Assembly (NCBI RefSeq): GCF_000743755.1
Contig: NW_014569544.1
Coordinates: 62,001-111,853, forward strand
DNA from: Blastocystis sp. subtype 4
Lineage: Eukaryota
Direction of reading: 5' to 3'
Length of the DNA stretch: 49,853 nt
Shown here one piece after another: positions 1 to 13,200 of the stretch. Each line of letters starts with the position of its first letter. Within the stretch, counting starts at the first letter, position 1. The notes beneath the pieces were generated by a model that did no database searches, had not been told where the DNA came from, and saw only the letters and a program-made list of their open reading frames with translations. The translations under genes and the position numbers were made by a program.

Positions 1-458
1 CTCGACAATTTGGATTCTGATTCGCTATAACCTATCTCTATCACGATTTTCAATAGGCCATACTGATATGGAAGCTGTACCATGATTCAATACATCTTCA
101 GATGAAGAATCCGATGAAAGATTGATAAACTCAACTGGATATTTTATTTGGAGATTATCGGAAGGAGAAACACCAGAGTCAAGAATGCAAATCCTTTCAC
201 CCTCTCCTATGAATAAGAAATTCAATTTAACAACAACCAAAGAACCCATTATCGTAGAATTCATTAAGATCTAATTCTTCAACCCCAATCCTCTCTTAAA
301 TTGATTGATTCGCTTCCAAAATATACCTGCCATGGTGAAGATCATCAAAGGTGTCCAAAATATCAACCACCATATCATTCTTTGAGACTAGCAGTACCTT
401 ATCTTTGGCTTCACGTGCCTACAGTCTTTTCGATGAATGACAACCAGCAAAACTGCAT
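1..458 (-). CDS. Subtilisin-family (S8) protease, site-1-protease-like; 5' part only, truncated by window edge
   Basis: Spliced reading gives NGFFG/EGERICILDSG (catalytic Asp motif) and EDVLNHGT (catalytic His motif). Start codon uncertain. Confidence 0.7.
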
Positions 459-537
459 CCAATTCAATTTTGGTAATCCGGACTCACTTTCCATCAACTT
501 TACCTAATCAAATCCTGTTTATTGAACGCTGCTAGTC

Positions 538-1484
538 ATGGGAAACTGTCATTCGGGACCTGTATGATTGATACTAAATGGTTTGAGATGGATAGAGTCA
601 GTATGAGATTGAACAAAGTAACATCGAGTTGATCTTGTCAAAAAAACGGGATGAATTGACAGAAGAGGAACGAGATATTATTCAGCAATATTTAGATACC
701 TATTCTGATGTGGTTGTTAGGATTCGGACTGCTTTGAGTGATATTGATAAACGATTGAATGGAGTGGATCCTGAACCAGAACCAGAACCAGAATTTGTTC
801 CTACACCTGCAGATAAAGCCTTTGCAAAAATATCAAGTGTAATGAAGAATCTGAAGCGTCAAATGAAGCAGGTAGGACTTGAATCAGCAAATAATGATTA
901 GTATGACATGGCTATTCAACACTATCGTCAACTTGCCAAAGAAAACAGAGCAAACGAAGTAGAAATGTTTGAATTGATTTATTGTAGGATGCCGTCAAAG
1001 ATTACTTGAAAATTGTTATGTAGTATTCGCCTCTAATTCTGATTCTAGGAATTGCCAAAAAGCAGCTACAGCTATCGACAATCGAATGGCTGTCCTTGAA
1101 GAGAAAATCTCGATATTGAAAGAAGCAGACATGACACTGGATCATATTGTTATCATGAATGAGGTTGCAGATAATCTAGAAGCAGTTCAGAAGTCTATGG
1201 GAACGGTTGAAGAGTATCAAGCCACAATCGATAATCTTATGGATCTGGATGAAACTTTGAAGGTAGCTTCAGATTCGAGAAGTGAGTCATAGGATATGGA
1301 TATCCAATTAAATGACGCTGTGGAAGAAGATGACGGCGATCTAGACGATTACATGGCTTCGTTGGATAAAGATCTTTCTACAGAGATGAATGCTTTACCT
1401 GCTGCTCCAACAACACTTCCAGTTGTTGAGAAGAAAGTTGAAATTGAAACAGAAACGGAAGAACGGGTAGCTGAGCTGGAATAG
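538..1484 (+). CDS. ESCRT-III Snf7-family protein, Vps20/CHMP6-like
   Basis: MGNC myristoylation-type N-terminus; intron 562-595 joins it in frame to ORF 629. Coiled-coil core, acidic DLDDYMASL segment, LPAAPT MIM2-like motif. TAG at 1482-1484, TGTTTGTT near 1507. Confidence 0.7.
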
Positions 1485-1581
1485 TTGGTCTAACGGTTTG
1501 TGAGAGTGTTTGTTCAGATTTGGTCTTTGTGGATGAATTCTCCCTGTTTTCTGGAATCCAGACTTGTCTTTGCAAAGGAAG

Positions 1582-2073
1582 ATGGACGCGGCTGCCGAAC
1601 GGAAGAAACGAATTGAAGAGCTGAAGAGAAAGAAAGAGGAACTCCTTTCACAAGGAAAAGTGAGTTCGACAGAGAACTCGGCAACTTCAACGTAGATCAA
1701 ATCGTTTGTAATTTGACTTTATAGAGTTCGGTTCCGAAATTATATTCCAAAAGATGATGGATTAAAAGAGAAGATGGATAACGTAGTCGTAGACGAGAAG
1801 CCTTTGGATTATGAAAGTGACTTGAAAGCTTCATCAGCGATGCCAGGAGTAGATTTAATATAAATACAATGAATTATAGCGAAATGACGAGATCAACCTT
1901 GCTCCAAAGAAGCCAAACTGGGATTTAAAGAGAGGAATTGAGCATAAAATGGAGATGTTGGAGAAAGAAACGCAGAAAGCGATGATTCAAATGTTGAGTT
2001 GGTTATTTTCCTATTGTTTTTACGCATAGAAGAGAAGATTGAAGCTGAAGAGAGTGATTCAGATGAAGAGTGA
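1582..2073 (+). CDS. CWF18: Spliceosome-associated Cwf18/CCDC12 protein
   Basis: MDAAAERKKRIEELK, VRFRNYIPKD and NLAPKKPNWDLKR motifs after removing three GT-AG introns of about 31-33 nt. Confidence 0.85.
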
Positions 2074-2281
2074 TCCCTATAGTTGTTTCTGTGGTAGTTT
2101 CATTTGACTTGTTTGTGTCAGAAAGAGTACAATGTTTTCCCGCGATTCTGAAATATCGTAGTTGGTTATAAACGTTTTATCTTGTTGCGTTGGGTTTTAG
2201 ACTCTCGTTTCTACGCGAGATATCACGGTGTCATTTATTGGATTGTTACATTGGTTGCTACTTGTTTGATAGAAGTGCTGA

Positions 2282-3862
2282 ATGGTTCATTTTCTGACCT
2301 TAGCACGAAAGAATCGCGATACTGCCACTATGGAGAGTGTTGCAAGATCAAAATGTGAACGAAAAGTGATGTTTGCGGACGAAACAAAAGAAGACCTTGT
2401 TAGAAATGTAGGATTCACTTGCAGGGATTGTAAAAAACTAGAGTTCAATTCCACGAAACGATTCGTTTTCTCATATGTTGATGGAAGGGGTCTCAAAGAA
2501 TGATATCCCTTCAATCCGTTTGATTCTCTCACACCATTTTCCAGATGGTATGAATGCGCTAATGGTTGCAGCTCGTGATGGCAATCTCTCTGCGTGTCAG
2601 AACCTAGTTAGTTATGGTTGTCCTTTAGATTCTCAAGATTTCCGAGGATACACTGCATTGATCTACGCTAGTCGTGATGGGTATGTTCCCATTGTTCGTT
2701 TACTTCTCCAAGCTGGCGCCAACGCATCAATCTGCACCAAATATGGTTATTCGGCATTGCTTGCTGCTTGTATTAATGGCTTTGCTGATACTGTTCAACT
2801 TTTGTGTTCATATGTCGATCCAAACTGTCGTGATACTGAAGGTTACACACCGCTCATTTGCGCGTTCATGAACAATCATCCAGAGACAGCTATAACACTT
2901 CTTGATCATGGTGGTGATCCTACACTCCGAGATGTATCAGGACGAAATGCGATTATGCATGCTGTTGATGGTTGTTGCTGTCAAGTACTTCAAGTCCTAC
3001 TCGATCGACACATTTACCTAGAGTATACTACGGAGCAGGTATCATATGGTGTTTTGTATCTCTCTGCAGTACGCCATCAATGTGATCTTGTACATTTGTT
3101 ATTGTTTCAGTCAGATTATCTCCGTGAATTTGTCAAGAATCTAGTTTCTTGCTCTAATGTCACTGCAGAAGCATTGGTTGAGAATGTTCTCCGTTCTGAG
3201 AATCATACTCTGAGCGAGTCAAAACGGAAAGAACTGGCTATGACTGTCATAATTGAAGCCAGAACATGTATTATTGAACTGATTTCTACCTATCTGGATC
3301 AGATTTCTACAACATATCCATTATCAGGTCTGGTCGAAGCAAGTGTATGGTGTATTCGTGTTCATAAGATTCTGATGGGAAATTCTCCCGCCAAATCACT
3401 CGAGTTTTTCTGGTCATTTCTTGAACATGTACTAACTCTATGTAGTAACTATGAATCTATTCAGGAAGGCGAATTGAATTCTAATTCTCCCTCTTGTACA
3501 GAAGTTAGGAAGACGGATATGGATTCATTGCTTCCTTCAACTGATAGAAAAATCAAACTATTGATTTCATTCATTGAAATATATTGTATTGGAATGAGTA
3601 GTGTATGGAATGGGCAGGAAGAAACCCGAGGGGAGCCCTTACCATCTTCACCACGTCTAAGCACCCTATTCCACAGAAATCTAGCGTTCATTAAGTAACG
3701 AGAAGGTATATGGATTGATTTCTAGAAATCTAGTTGCTACTAATTCTTCCGTATACAGACATATGATCTACTTTGCTAAGGCGTTCATGCAGTATTCTAG
3801 TTAAAGGTTACTGTACTAGGATGCTTCAATTTGGCAATCGCTCTGTGGAAGCGATTTCATGA
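2282..3862 (+). CDS. Ankyrin-repeat protein
   Basis: Intron 2408-2441 joins ORFs 2282 and 2475 in frame. Repeats GMNALMVAA, GYTALIYAS, GYSALLAAC, GYTPLICAF, GRNAIMHAV. The 3' exons are inferred. Confidence 0.8.
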
Positions 3863-4036
3863 CAGAATTTTCTGACGTTTATTATTTGGGTGTTTGTTTT
3901 AATGAACTCCTCTCCTCTCTTTATTCTTGTCGGAGAGGAAGGTGTGAGTGTATTCTCTCGATTTTTTGGTTTCTTTCAGTGGTTGCAGGATGTAAATGGT
4001 GATCCGCTTCTGGACTGTCGATTTGATTTACATAAG

Positions 4037-7000
4037 ATGAAACGGTTTCCACCGATCACACGATTTCATTTGAATGAAATGAAGTGGTTTGAAAGTGAGT
4101 CTATTGTGACAAACTTACCTGGATTGTTGTTTGGTAAGATGAATCAATCTAATCAATCCAGTTGTATTGGAGGTGATTTGCTGCGTATTGTGAATAAAGA
4201 ATCGCTTTGTTTTGAGATCAATGATGATAGTTTGGTTTCAAAAGAAAAGGAAAGTGTTTCATTTTGTTTGGAAGAGATCTGGACGGAGTATTTAGACGAG
4301 TTGTTCCGAATGTGGTGCATTCAGAACACAGATATCCCAAATTCAATTATTATTGTTCTTCCCAATTATTGTTCAGAAGATTCGGCGACTTTGATGAAGG
4401 AGAGTTGTAACTCAGCATTAACGAGAACTGGGAGTTCTATGAAAATGGATTCTGTGAAGCTGCTATTTATGAAGGACGTAGTTCACTCCACTTCCAGATA
4501 TCATATCCAGCTTGTATTATCGGAATCTGTTGTATATGCCAGTTTGCTATCAGATCGAACTATTCTAACCAGTATTTGCTACCCAATCAGTGATAGTTCG
4601 GATATCCTTACTTCTCTCACAAATCGCATCACTTCTAGTTTCTCTCTATCTCGTTATAATGAATTATTTTTGAAGCGGAGTATCCGGTTACAATGCGATC
4701 ACTATCTAAATCATCTTTCTAACATAACACTCGATTCATCTGAAAAAGTTTTGTTTTCAGTCACTCTGAATGATCATCTGTGTTCTAAACGATCTTTTGA
4801 TGTTACTTCTTCTCTTTTGAAAGATTGTTTCTCTATCTGTGAATATGGTGTTCTAGTCAATCAAATTCTTCGCGAAGTCTCTAATTGGATTCGTGACTTC
4901 TCATTGGATCCGATTGAAATATATTTGGATGGTGTGTATTCTCGATTCAATATTACACAACAGCGAATCAATCAGATACTTCCATCTGCTAGATTAGTCA
5001 ATCAGTCGTTATCAGAACGAGGTATTATGATCAGTGAAGTGACAAATGAATTATATCCCTCTATTTGCAATAACTTCGCATTTCTTGATCATAATCTCAA
5101 TCTGGCAATTCAAGATGGGTTCTCCACTCAGTTATTCTCTCGTGGGACATCTCTTCCTGCTTCTACAGAGACTTCTCTCTATTTCAATCTAACTCGCACA
5201 TCTACCGTCACATTGATGTTATTACGAGGTGATAGTTACAAACAGGAAGAGAATGCTGTTGTAATTTCACAAGCTTTTCAATATACCCATCCAATAGAAG
5301 AATGTGTTCGAATCACCATTCAGCTATCACTTGACAGTTGTTGTAATTGTTCATTCACCATTCGTGATTCGTTCGGACAAATCAAAACTGTTTCCCTTTC
5401 AGCTCATGATTTCTTCAATTCATCAATTGAACGAACCCATAACGATTTATACAAATCGACTCCTCCACCGATTTGTAGTCGACCTTCCTATTCCTATTAT
5501 CAAGGAGAAATGAGGGAGTTTCGTCCTGAGGGATATGGTCGTTTTTTCAATTCGTCAAATACATTGAAATATGAAGGAAGTTGGAAAAGTGGTCATTTTG
5601 ACGGCTTCGGTACATATTACTTCTGTTCAGGTAATGTGTATGAAGGGCAATTCAACAAAGGACTTCTTCATGGTCCTGGAATTCTCTTTGATAATCATGG
5701 GATCGTTATTGATCATCGCTATTTTGATCAGGAGAGGATTGATGATCCTCCTCCTTCAACTCCTTCACCACTTCCATTTCCTTCTAATACTCAAACGATC
5801 CAGCCTGTATTCTCTTCATCAACTATCAATGGACATGGGACAGTGTGTGATGAACATGGGATCAAAGTGTATGAAGGTGAGCTTATCGATGGAGTGTACC
5901 ACGGGAATGGATCATTATTCTCAAAAGGTTATCTTGTCTATAAAGGAGAATTTGTAAATGGTTTATATCACGGAAAGGGAACACTGTTCTATCCCTCTGG
6001 AGCCATCAAATGCCGCGGGAATTTCCAAAAAGGGAAGTTGAATGGATATTGTGAATTCTTCCATGATTCCACTCCATTTCGATTGAAGAGTTGTGGATTC
6101 TACTTCCGTGGGAAACGTGAGGGATTTGGTGAAGATTACTCAGAATCGGGAATTGTTACGTATTCGGGGTATTTTTACCATGATGCTCCCACTCAATCCC
6201 CATTAGTGTTACGATGGGGATTACTTTCAGATGCACCGCAGATCTTGCTTCCATCAATGCGTTCCTTCCAAACCCTATTTAATCGAACAGAACTTCTAGT
6301 AGCTATGAATGGAGTCAGTATTGCTGTGTTGAAAACGATTGTAAAGAATCCTCAAATAGAGTCTCTTTCAATTGTGAGTAGGAATCATGAGACAATCTTA
6401 TATAGATGAAAAATTGACATTTTTGGGACAGGAGAATTTGTCCTGTTTTCTGGAACTCATTCAATCCTTATCATCTCTTCATTTTCTCAGTATTTGTGAT
6501 TATTCAATTACAGATATAATAATTCCATCTGATTTCTGGAATGGCATGAATACTATTTGTTTTCGTGATCTGCCCAAACTGAAGACTATTCAACTGAACT
6601 CTCATTCTCTGCATAGCACTCGTGTGTTCATCCTAGAATTGCTTCCATCCCTGGAGGAGCTTTGTATAGGGAACGATTGTATGAATGAATATCCTGTGGA
6701 GCTGATAGAACGAGCTACAGTGGGTGGCTCTGTGAATGTGAGTATTTGTTCAATTGGAAAGAGATTTGTACTGAAGGGTTGTAGTGTCTGAGAGCAATGA
6801 CCATTAGATCTACCTCAATTGAAACGAGTAACAATTGGATCACATAGTTTGATGGATTTCTGCACTTTATCGCTGATGAGTAGGATGATGGAATGGTTTA
6901 GGAACAGATCTCCCGTCTTTAGAGAGTCTCCACATTGGAGATGGGTCAAATTCCTTCTGTTTTGCGTTCGTCTCACAATTCATTCTTCAAGACCTATCAT

Positions 7001-7270
7001 CTCTCATGGAAGTACGATTACTTGGATCCTTAAGACATACAAAGAACCTCTGTCTACTGAGTAGGGAGATACGATGTTAACGATGAATAGATCTCCCCAA
7101 CCTGATTACATTTGTTGGAAGCAGCGGAAGTCTGTCTGAAGTGGTGGATGCTTCGATTCGAGGAATTCCACGAATACGAGAGTTTCGGATAGAATGGCAA
7201 TTAAATCATTCCTGTCATGTTGACACCGATTGTGATAACTTGAAGCATGAAGGAGGACTGTGGATATGAC
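4037..7270 (+). CDS. Multidomain protein: degenerate Hsp70-like region, MORN repeats, C-terminal LRR-like repeats
   Basis: 839-aa ORF with YEGxWxxGxxxGxG MORN repeats (about 5500-6190). Intron-joined C-terminal exons carry LPxLxxLxIG repeats. Hsp70-like motifs in the N-terminal half. Start and end approximate. Confidence 0.7.
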
Positions 7271-7289
7271 TATTGGTAAAAGAAAAGAA

Positions 7290-7361
7290 GGGCCTACACG
7301 GGAATCGAACCCGTGACCTCTCGCACCCTAAGCGAGAATCATACCACTAGACCAGCAGGCC
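7290..7361 (-). tRNA. tRNA-Pro (AGG)
   Basis: Reverse complement GGCCTGCTGGTCTAGTGGTATGATTCTCGCTTAGGGTGCGAGAGGTCACGGGTTCGATTCCCGTGTAGGCCC folds as a cloverleaf with anticodon AGG; T-rich Pol III terminator follows. Confidence 0.97.
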
Positions 7362-7510
7362 ACTGAAGTAGAGTGTCATTCTTCATCATTTCAAGAATAC
7401 AATGTGTGTGATGTGTTGTCGTTGGATAAGGAATGGCATTATGCATTCATGTCCATTATTTCTTTTGTTATAGAGGGATTGAGGTAAGTGTCTATTCTTA
7501 TGGATGTATT

Positions 7511-7586
7511 GGAACATGATGATTTCTTTCAAACCGTTTACCCGTCAGACAGACCAATGGTGATGGACAAGACGAACTGATGTTCC
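7511..7586 (+). ncRNA. Box C/D snoRNA, predicted LSU rRNA 2'-O-methylation guide
   Basis: Terminal stem GGAACA/TGTTCC, box C ATGATGA 7516-7522, D' CAGA 7546-7549, box D CTGA 7577-7580. Guide CCGTTTACCCG (7534-7544) is complementary to the conserved LSU sequence CGGGTAAACGG. Confidence 0.85.
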
Positions 7587-7680
7587 TATTCATTGATTGA
7601 ATTGTTTCTAAGTGTTTTTAGAGTGTATTGCACTTGGTAGTTAGTGAATAGTTGTATTCAAGTCTTTGTTTAAACAAATC

Positions 7681-9170
7681 ATGAGGACAATTCTTGTGTT
7701 TATCTTTCTCTTGGGAATTGTTTACAGTGAGTCATACTATGAAGTATATAACCGTTTTGTAATCAAATACAGATCCTTGGAGTTGATAGGAATGCAGATC
7801 AACGAACGATTAAACGAGCATACTATCAAGTAATAGAATCATTGCTGTTATTATTTAGCTTGCATTAACCTTGCACCCAGACAAGTTGAAGAATCCGACG
7901 GAAGAGGACAAAAATCGATATATGAATGTTAGAGATCCCTTTTGTACTATATAATCCTTAGATTGTGAAGGCATATGAACTGCTATCCGATCCTGTTCGT
8001 AGAGAAGTCTACGATCTTGGAGGGGAGAACGTTTTCCTATTGTTCTAATGTAATTTGCAGAGTGAGCAAGAGAATTTAAGAACTGAAGATTACACCGATC
8101 AACCATTTGCGTTTAAAGCGTTTTCTAAAGTAGGTATGGATGAGAAAAGTAATGCGAAGCATTTTCGATTCGAAGCAACTTTCACTCCTCGTGTTCCTAC
8201 TCCAGCTCCTGCCATCATCATAACATTGCCGATTCCCGTGTATATGTTCTACACAGGCATCAGCGATCGTTTAATATACTACAATCGAACTAGTTTGTGT
8301 AGCTATTGCAAAGCAACAGGTGCCATACAAAGTGATCATGTTGGTCTTGCTTCTCCATATCATTTATAGCAATGTCCATACTGTAACGGAACAGGTTTGA
8401 GGGAGTACATTCATCTTTCAGAGTCCAAGGATCAAGGAGTATCATACAAATCTCGATGTGATATCTGTCATGGATCTGGTCATGTTCATGACCCTTCCGA
8501 TTCTTGTCCTTATTGTCATGGCACAGGAATACGAGTGGTGCGAGATTATGTAGATGTGGCCACTGATCCTGGAATCCGAGCAGGAACCGAACTAACTTTT
8601 AAGAGAATGGTATCATTTATAGCTTGGATATGACTGTAGGGGAATGAACAATTCGGATATCGTCATGGAGATGTGATTATTCGAATCGTGGCTGAGACTG
8701 ATTCGTTATTTCAAGTCGATGGATACACACTGCTTACAACGCTTTGGATCAGTGTAGTGGAGTCTATTTGTGGATTTGAACGAAAAGTACTTCTTCCATC
8801 CAATGAAACTGTCACTGTGGAATGTGCTAAGAAATGTTCCAATGGTAAAAGTAGATTCTTGGATTCATTGTAGGCACACAGATTACGCTTCAAGGCAAGG
8901 GAATCCCTATTGGTTCTTCAGGTCTCAAGGGACCTCTCATTGTTTCACTTCTGGTTTATGTTCCACTCCTACTGACAACATCGGAGACCAATCAGCTGAA
9001 ATCCGTGGTAGGACCTTCATTTCCCCAACTCGCTACATATTTATCCTATCTCGCTCAACAAAAGGTTGATTTCCCTTTTTCGCTTGAAGAAGCATACTAT
9101 TCATGGAGTTGTCCGATGGATAGTTCCTCTTGTTCGTTTAGTCTTTTAAACATGATTCAATATACATTGT
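7681..9170 (+). CDS. Secretory-pathway type I DnaJ/Hsp40 co-chaperone
   Basis: Signal peptide MRTILVFIFLLGIVYS, J domain with HPD, four CxxCx(G/A)xG zinc-finger motifs, C-terminal ITLQGKGIP. The 3' end is uncertain: no genomic stop before 9340, possible poly(A)-created stop at 9170. Confidence 0.85.
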
Positions 9171-9203
9171 ACTCTGTTTTATTTCAAACAAATAGACAGA
9201 ATA

Positions 9204-10106
9204 CTATTCATCGTCCTCTTCCTCTTCGTCTTCCGAGTTATCGCGCAAGTTTCCATTCTTCTTCGCTTCATAACGATATTTCGACTCTTCTTCGTCTTCG
9301 TCTTCTTCGTCTTCTGAATGATTTTCATTCGATTCAATAGGGACATCATCTTCTGTTTTGAAATCTTCATCTTCATTCTCGTCCTCGATAACTCCGCAAT
9401 CAATAATCTTCACTTCACTATCCATTACCCTATTCAACAATACAATACCTTGTTGGTTTTCCACTTGCAGTTCCACAAGCCTCAATCGCATCCAATACAT
9501 CCATACCATCGACACAATTCCAAAGGCCACATGATGACCATCTAACCATGGTGTTGCTACCTACAATGTTATATCATGTGCTCCTCAGTTACAGTTGTTA
9601 TGAAAAATTGTGACCCGTTGGTGTCTTTTCCAGCATTAGCCATGGATACAATACCTTTCCTATCATGCTTAATAACAAATGATTCATCTTCAAAACGGGA
9701 GCCAAAGATACTCTCTCCGCCTGTTCCGTTTCCTTTAGTAATATCACCCTACATCGAATCCAAACACTAAATATACCCCTTGAGCCATGAAATGGGGGAT
9801 AATCCGGTGGAAAATCGAGTTCTTATAGTACAGAGGTTTGCCATTTGCACCATTGCCATATTCTCCAGTGCAAAGACCCTTAAAATTCTTCACAGTTAAA
9901 GGCACAGCTTCGCCGAATCTGATGAACATACACTTCATAACAACTTACAGACCAATCTTGATTCTACCTTTCGGTTCTTCGTCAATAGCAATATCGAGAT
10001 AAACATAGTCGGTAATGACTGCATTCTACTGTCTTAGTCTTATCAACGTCTATACAAGGGATGTGCAAGCAACCACACATAGCAGCAATACAACTATCTT
10101 ATTCAT
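9204..10106 (-). CDS. Cyclophilin-type PPIase with signal peptide and acidic tail; apparent 1-nt frameshift near 9513
   Basis: [12 protein letters not shown] signal, [56 protein letters not shown] motifs; D/E-rich C-terminus. Confidence 0.9.
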
Positions 10107-10213
10107 CAGTTATAATGTTATTTGTGAAATCTTCGCTAAAAGGACCCTAATTAACCGTCTTCGTTCTGCAAAAATTGGGCATTTTATAAACAAAAAAGAT
10201 AAGAGTACAAAAT

Positions 10214-13200
10214 CTAAACACCAAATCGCTCCAACGTCTCTTGGAGCCACTTCATTCCGTGAAATATTGCCTTTGATTTAACGATGGAAAGTTGATCCAT
10301 CAAAGCTTGGCGATCCACTTCCTTATTCACCCACTGTCCGCTACAACTACAATACCGAGATAATGTGTCTCGTTTGATTTGTCCACACTTCTGACACTTG
10401 ACATCCTGTTGAACATAGTGGAACACTTTCTGATTACAAATTTCCACCAGTAACAACTCGATCATCAACATATCATATTCATGACCACAATTAGGACATG
10501 TCCAGGGATGAAGTTTAGCCTACGGTTAATACTTCTAACCGACCCATACACTCTGCTGGAAATCGGGATCACTACAGATATCCATGTTTCGTGACTCATT
10601 ACAATATGGACAGAAAACCGCGGGAATGACGAAACTGTTGAAAGGATCTTCAAATATGGCTTCAGGAGCAAATTCTTTTACTCGCATATTCCTTAGCAAC
10701 TGCCGTCTCAGAATCGTCGCTTCTTGTGTGAGTGCCTTATCCAACTTCAGAATCATGCAAATCAGTTTGACAAGCTCTAGCAATGGATTTGTAAGCTTGT
10801 AACACCGCAATACCTCCTCTGGATACTCATGAATCTCAGGGTTACTCTGGGTCTGGAACTCACTAATCTACATGTTACTCTGTCTTCATTCATTTACACT
10901 GCGAATCAACTCAGAAGCCAAATCTCCCTTCACATACTTCCGTACAAACTCCAAACTCTTTGAATATACTTCTTCGTTACGATTTCCGGAATTCCCAATT
11001 TCTTTCAGAATTTGTTCACGATATAACAAGGGTTTCTGTAAGAAATTCAGAACAAATGCATCAAAGTACGATGCTAACACTTCCGGCAATAATTGTGCCA
11101 ACGACCAAATTGTCACAATTTCTGCCTAAAATATTATACCAAAAATCATGCCAAACTTGACGATCAGTGGTATCTTGATCCTCCATTGATTCATTCCACA
11201 CACGATATCCAGTAAAGTTGTTTGGGTTATACCAAATCAGTGCTCCAAATGTAGACTGATTCAGAAAGTTAAGCAGACGAAACACATCCCTTGACTGAAT
11301 TGTGTCAACTATAAAACGAATACTCTCACCACTCTCTGTTTCTGTATACTTGCGTGTACTTAGAACCAAATGATCATACGAGGCATATACAATTGACAAA
11401 CCTAAACGACGAAACTCCTGTAGTAACTAAACATTCAGTGAAACTCCCATTTCATACAGTGTTGAACATAAGCTTCATGAGTCGATACACAACTCGTAGA
11501 ATCAATGGATTGTAAAGGAGACTCTCTCGATTTAGCAGCCACCTTTCTAAGTTCATCAGCACGAAGTTTGCTATTTGATCTTGTGAATTGGTCACATCCT
11601 GCAGATACCGCACAACAAGCAGGCGTAGAATTTCAAATGACTTGCCACATCCATCATCCACATTCACCAGATCACCATTCAGATTCTCTTGTAAGAAATC
11701 ACACTGTTTTATGGAATTGAGACAAAGGTTACAAAGCTTGACATCATAACAGAAATCACGATAGATTCCTGATTCATTAACAGAAACGTTCAGTAATCCA
11801 TCATCTATGTATAATAAAGCTTTTTCATCATTTACCTAAAATACCCTTGATATCATGATTACCTAAATCAGGCATGTTTTCGGGCGAACTCCATAGAATG
11901 TGTCGATTTGCCAGAAGTAAGCGTCCAAATGAAACATCATTCAATTGAACACCCAAATCTGTTGCTAGATTACCCAGAGGTATCTCAGCATAACGAGCAC
12001 AGCGAAGACGATCTGCGAAATCATCAAAGGACTGATAGAATGCAGTGATTGCATTCATGGCTACGTCTTTTCGCCATGTCAGATCTTGAACACGGGAATT
12101 CATCAAATTCAAATCTTGTCGCATAATTGGAAGATTCTGAAGTGCAGGTACACTAGCTCGCATTTCAGCAGTGGTAAAGGATGATTGAAGATGGATGAGA
12201 GTTGGAGGATGAGATGATGACAGAAAATCGTTTAAATATTTGTCAAGAATTTGATATGCTGAGTTTAACCCAACACATGTGGTGCTAGTGACCTCGATCT
12301 GAGATGCATTCGAAGCAAACACCTGACGAATCAGTTTCTTGTAGGGAACACGATCCATAGCTATTTCGTTGTTTCTAGAGTTCATAATATAGAACGGAAT
12401 CAACATGTTCATCTCGATCACATGAGCTTCAAAACTGCATCGATTCTTCTTCTCGGGATCATCATCTATTGTTTATCCTTAAAAAAGATCATACCAGCAA
12501 TTTCTTGATTGTTTTCATTTACTCGGAAAAGAGCGAAGAAACCGCGGTTCTGATCAAATACGTGAATATATAGAAATAACCTTCCTATGCGAGAAGAATT
12601 AGCTCTATTTATTATTATTCATTCAAATTTATACGTTAGATAAGGATTAGATGGTTGAAGAACACGAATTACATTCTCTTGTTTTAGAACTCCTGATCCA
12701 AGATTAACAACATGTCTCATAATTCCTGTAGTTGTAACAGAATATGATTCAGGTAATACAATACGACACACACATCCCATTGTCAAAATAGCATTATAGA
12801 GAGCTGGCATTTTTGAATTATAAATACCTTCAATTGAATCAATATCATAAGCCTTTCTCAGCGCAGAGAGAGTCGATTCCACTTCATTCTCATCAACCTC
12901 AACAGCATACAGATAAGTAGTACCTGTCTCTGGTAGATCCATAGGAAGATCCATATTTACGGGAATCAAATGTTTGTTGTCGATTTTGGATTTGGCATTA
13001 ATGTACAAAGTATGTCTCGATTTCACACGGATTCGCTGTAACTGATTTGAAGGAGTGATTAACCACAGAACTAACTCTGAATTCTCCATATTCTGGATTT
13101 CCAAAATTTGGTAATAATTTTGTTTGGTCGATAATGATGGCATATTTGTTGTACAGACCTGTTTACGAGTATCTCTCCATTGTTGTTTCCGTTGTTGTAA

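Noticed and set aside
3781..3898. Poly(A)-created stop for the ankyrin gene (T at 3886, 4 nt before TGTTTGTT)
   Set aside because: It needs a GC donor at 3781; GT donors give a genomic TGA at 3860-3862.
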